Shown here piece after piece: positions 62,761 to 64,000 of a DNA stretch of 64,000 nt. Origin of the DNA: Alphaproteobacteria bacterium (lineage in GTDB: Bacteria; Pseudomonadota; Alphaproteobacteria; MPNO01; UBA830). Position numbers and translations under genes: made by a program. Under the pieces are notes generated by a model, which saw only the letters and a program-made list of their open reading frames with translations, was not told where the DNA came from and ran no database searches. Positions within the stretch are counted from its first letter, which is position 1. Each line of letters opens with the position of its first letter. The stretch covers positions 3,488,001 through 3,552,000 of the forward strand of contig OZ251539.1 in NCBI GenBank assembly GCA_965243135.1. Direction: 5' to 3'.

Positions 62761-64000
62761 CTACGGTTGCTTCTCTAGCGACAGCAAACGCTCCACGGCG
62801 GACATGGTTACCTGACCATTCTCCATAAACACGTCGGGGATTCCGCCGCCGTAGAAATAGACGTTCTCCTTTCCAAAAATTTCGCGGGCGTCCCTCAATG
62901 TGTCCCCTTCTCGGCTCCCTAAATCCGATAGCCGGACTTCCGAGAACGGTCGCCATCCGCGATAATCAGCATGCTGTCCGACAACAACGCTGCACTTCAC
63001 TTGCCGCGGCGGTTCCTTACGTTGGCAACGCGCGGCGAAAAATGCGCGATACTCTGCGTCATCCCGCGGCAGCGAATATCCCATGAATACGATATGGTCG
63101 GCCTGTTGGACCAAGACTCGTAAATCTCTCTCGATTTCCTCTATGAACGGCGGCGGCGACTTCTTAAAGTTACTCTGCATTACGAGTTGGGCGTCATGCG
63201 CCGAGGTCAACGTTCCGCAGTGAACGCAAGCGCGCGCATCCACTCGGCCTTCGCCCCAAGCTTCGTCTTCCTCCGAATTCGGGCGGCGAAACGTATCCGG
63301 CGGCACAAACGCTTTGAGCGGCGGCGGAGGAATGAGCGTAGGAGAATGCACCTCCCACTCATCGCCCATGTGCGACGACGGTTTGCCGCAATCGGGACAC
63401 TCCCGCCACCACAAGCATCCATGCGGAAAAAGAAACTTCGTAATTCGGATCCTGTCCGTCGCGCCGTGACCCGCGTCATTGAGACGTTGAGCGACCGACT
63501 CGTTCATCGGGTAGAAAGGTCGCTGTCCTTCTTCTTCTCTTGCGATACGATGGCCGCCGACGAAATGTCCCAGGTCATGGAACAACTGGAGCCTCGACGC
63601 CGGACAGCCGACATGGGGCACGGTTGCCATTTTGTTGAGTTCCCGATTGGCAAGGAACTGCATCCACAGCGCGATCGGGTCGTAGTTCATGCTCGCAAAT
63701 GCGACATCGCCCAAATAGAATCCGCGATCATCGAAAGCCACTTTTTGATCGACAAGTTCTCGTCCCTGTCGCTGCATACGCTTTCCGAGCATCTTCGCGA
63801 ACTCGTAATGACGTTGCAGATCGTCCGTCTTTTCGCGTCGGCAATGCTGCCAACTCACGTAAAACATCGCCTGCAAGATGAGCTTCAGCGCGTCACGCGC
63901 TCCACGCACTCGATTCGGGGTCAAAAACTCCTCGGACAGGTTTTTCGCTCTGACGCGAAAACCGTGACCGCTCCGGTCGTGCAAATCCAGAATATTGAAA
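62761..64000 (-). CDS. SIR2-like protein with inserted Zn-ribbon (5' end beyond window)
   Basis: SMNYD, HGCLWWRECPDCG...CVHCG and IVFMGYSLPRDD. Lower GC than the core genes. Confidence 0.75.
   Translation of the reverse strand, partial: FNILDLHDRSGHGFRVRAKNLSEEFLTPNRVRGARDALKLILQAMFYVSWQHCRREKTDDLQRHYEFAKMLGKRMQRQGRELVDQKVAFDDRGFYLGDVAFASMNYDPIALWMQFLANRELNKMATVPHVGCPASRLQLFHDLGHFVGGHRIAREEEGQRPFYPMNESVAQRLNDAGHGATDRIRITKFLFPHGCLWWRECPDCGKPSSHMGDEWEVHSPTLIPPPPLKAFVPPDTFRRPNSEEDEAWGEGRVDARACVHCGTLTSAHDAQLVMQSNFKKSPPPFIEEIERDLRVLVQQADHIVFMGYSLPRDDAEYRAFFAARCQRKEPPRQVKCSVVVGQHADYRGWRPFSEVRLSDLGSREGDTLRDAREIFGKENVYFYGGGIPDVFMENGQVTMSAVERLLSLEKQP

Noticed and set aside
19188-64000. Complete Thoeris system (TIR + SIR2)
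   Set aside because: The genes are 43 kb apart, and the visible SIR2-like protein shows no recognisable ThsA sensor domain.

Overview
A GC-rich alphaproteobacterial chromosomal window. GapR/DUF2312, DUF3035, DUF1244 and a zinc-free L36 point to this class. The ankyrin protein, expanded AAA/PD-(D/E)XK genes and an NHLP precursor resemble host-associated (e.g. sponge) symbionts, which is inference. Bases 1-41.8 kb are mostly housekeeping and metabolic genes: pepF, acyl-CoA ligase, glycerate kinase, pyk, glcDEF, rpmJ, a surface-glycosylation cluster, two tandem UbiD decarboxylases, tadA, rluB, rsmD, cobO, mutL, pgi, an M16 peptidase pair, lspA, ribF and MaoC. This part is interrupted by small accessory inserts: an orphan NHLP-leader RiPP precursor, AAA+PD-(D/E)XK genes, a DnaJ-TM-ankyrin protein, and a ThsB-like TIR gene bracketed by ~310-bp direct repeats. 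Bases ~42-64 kb form a decaying defence/toxin-antitoxin island. It holds an MNT-HEPN pair, a fully bounded ISAs1 element with a DUF4338 fusion, and a translationally coupled HEPN-like / ParA-like (KGGVGR) / P-loop NTPase module with a 215-bp duplication-born mini-gene. It also holds two XRE-ImmA/IrrE + PIN pairs and a VapBC remnant between ~130-bp inverted repeats, an IetA-like AAA ATPase with a truncated partner, and a partial Zn-ribbon SIR2-like gene. No CRISPR array, tRNA or rRNA was seen. Family assignments come from motif recognition by eye, not from database searches.
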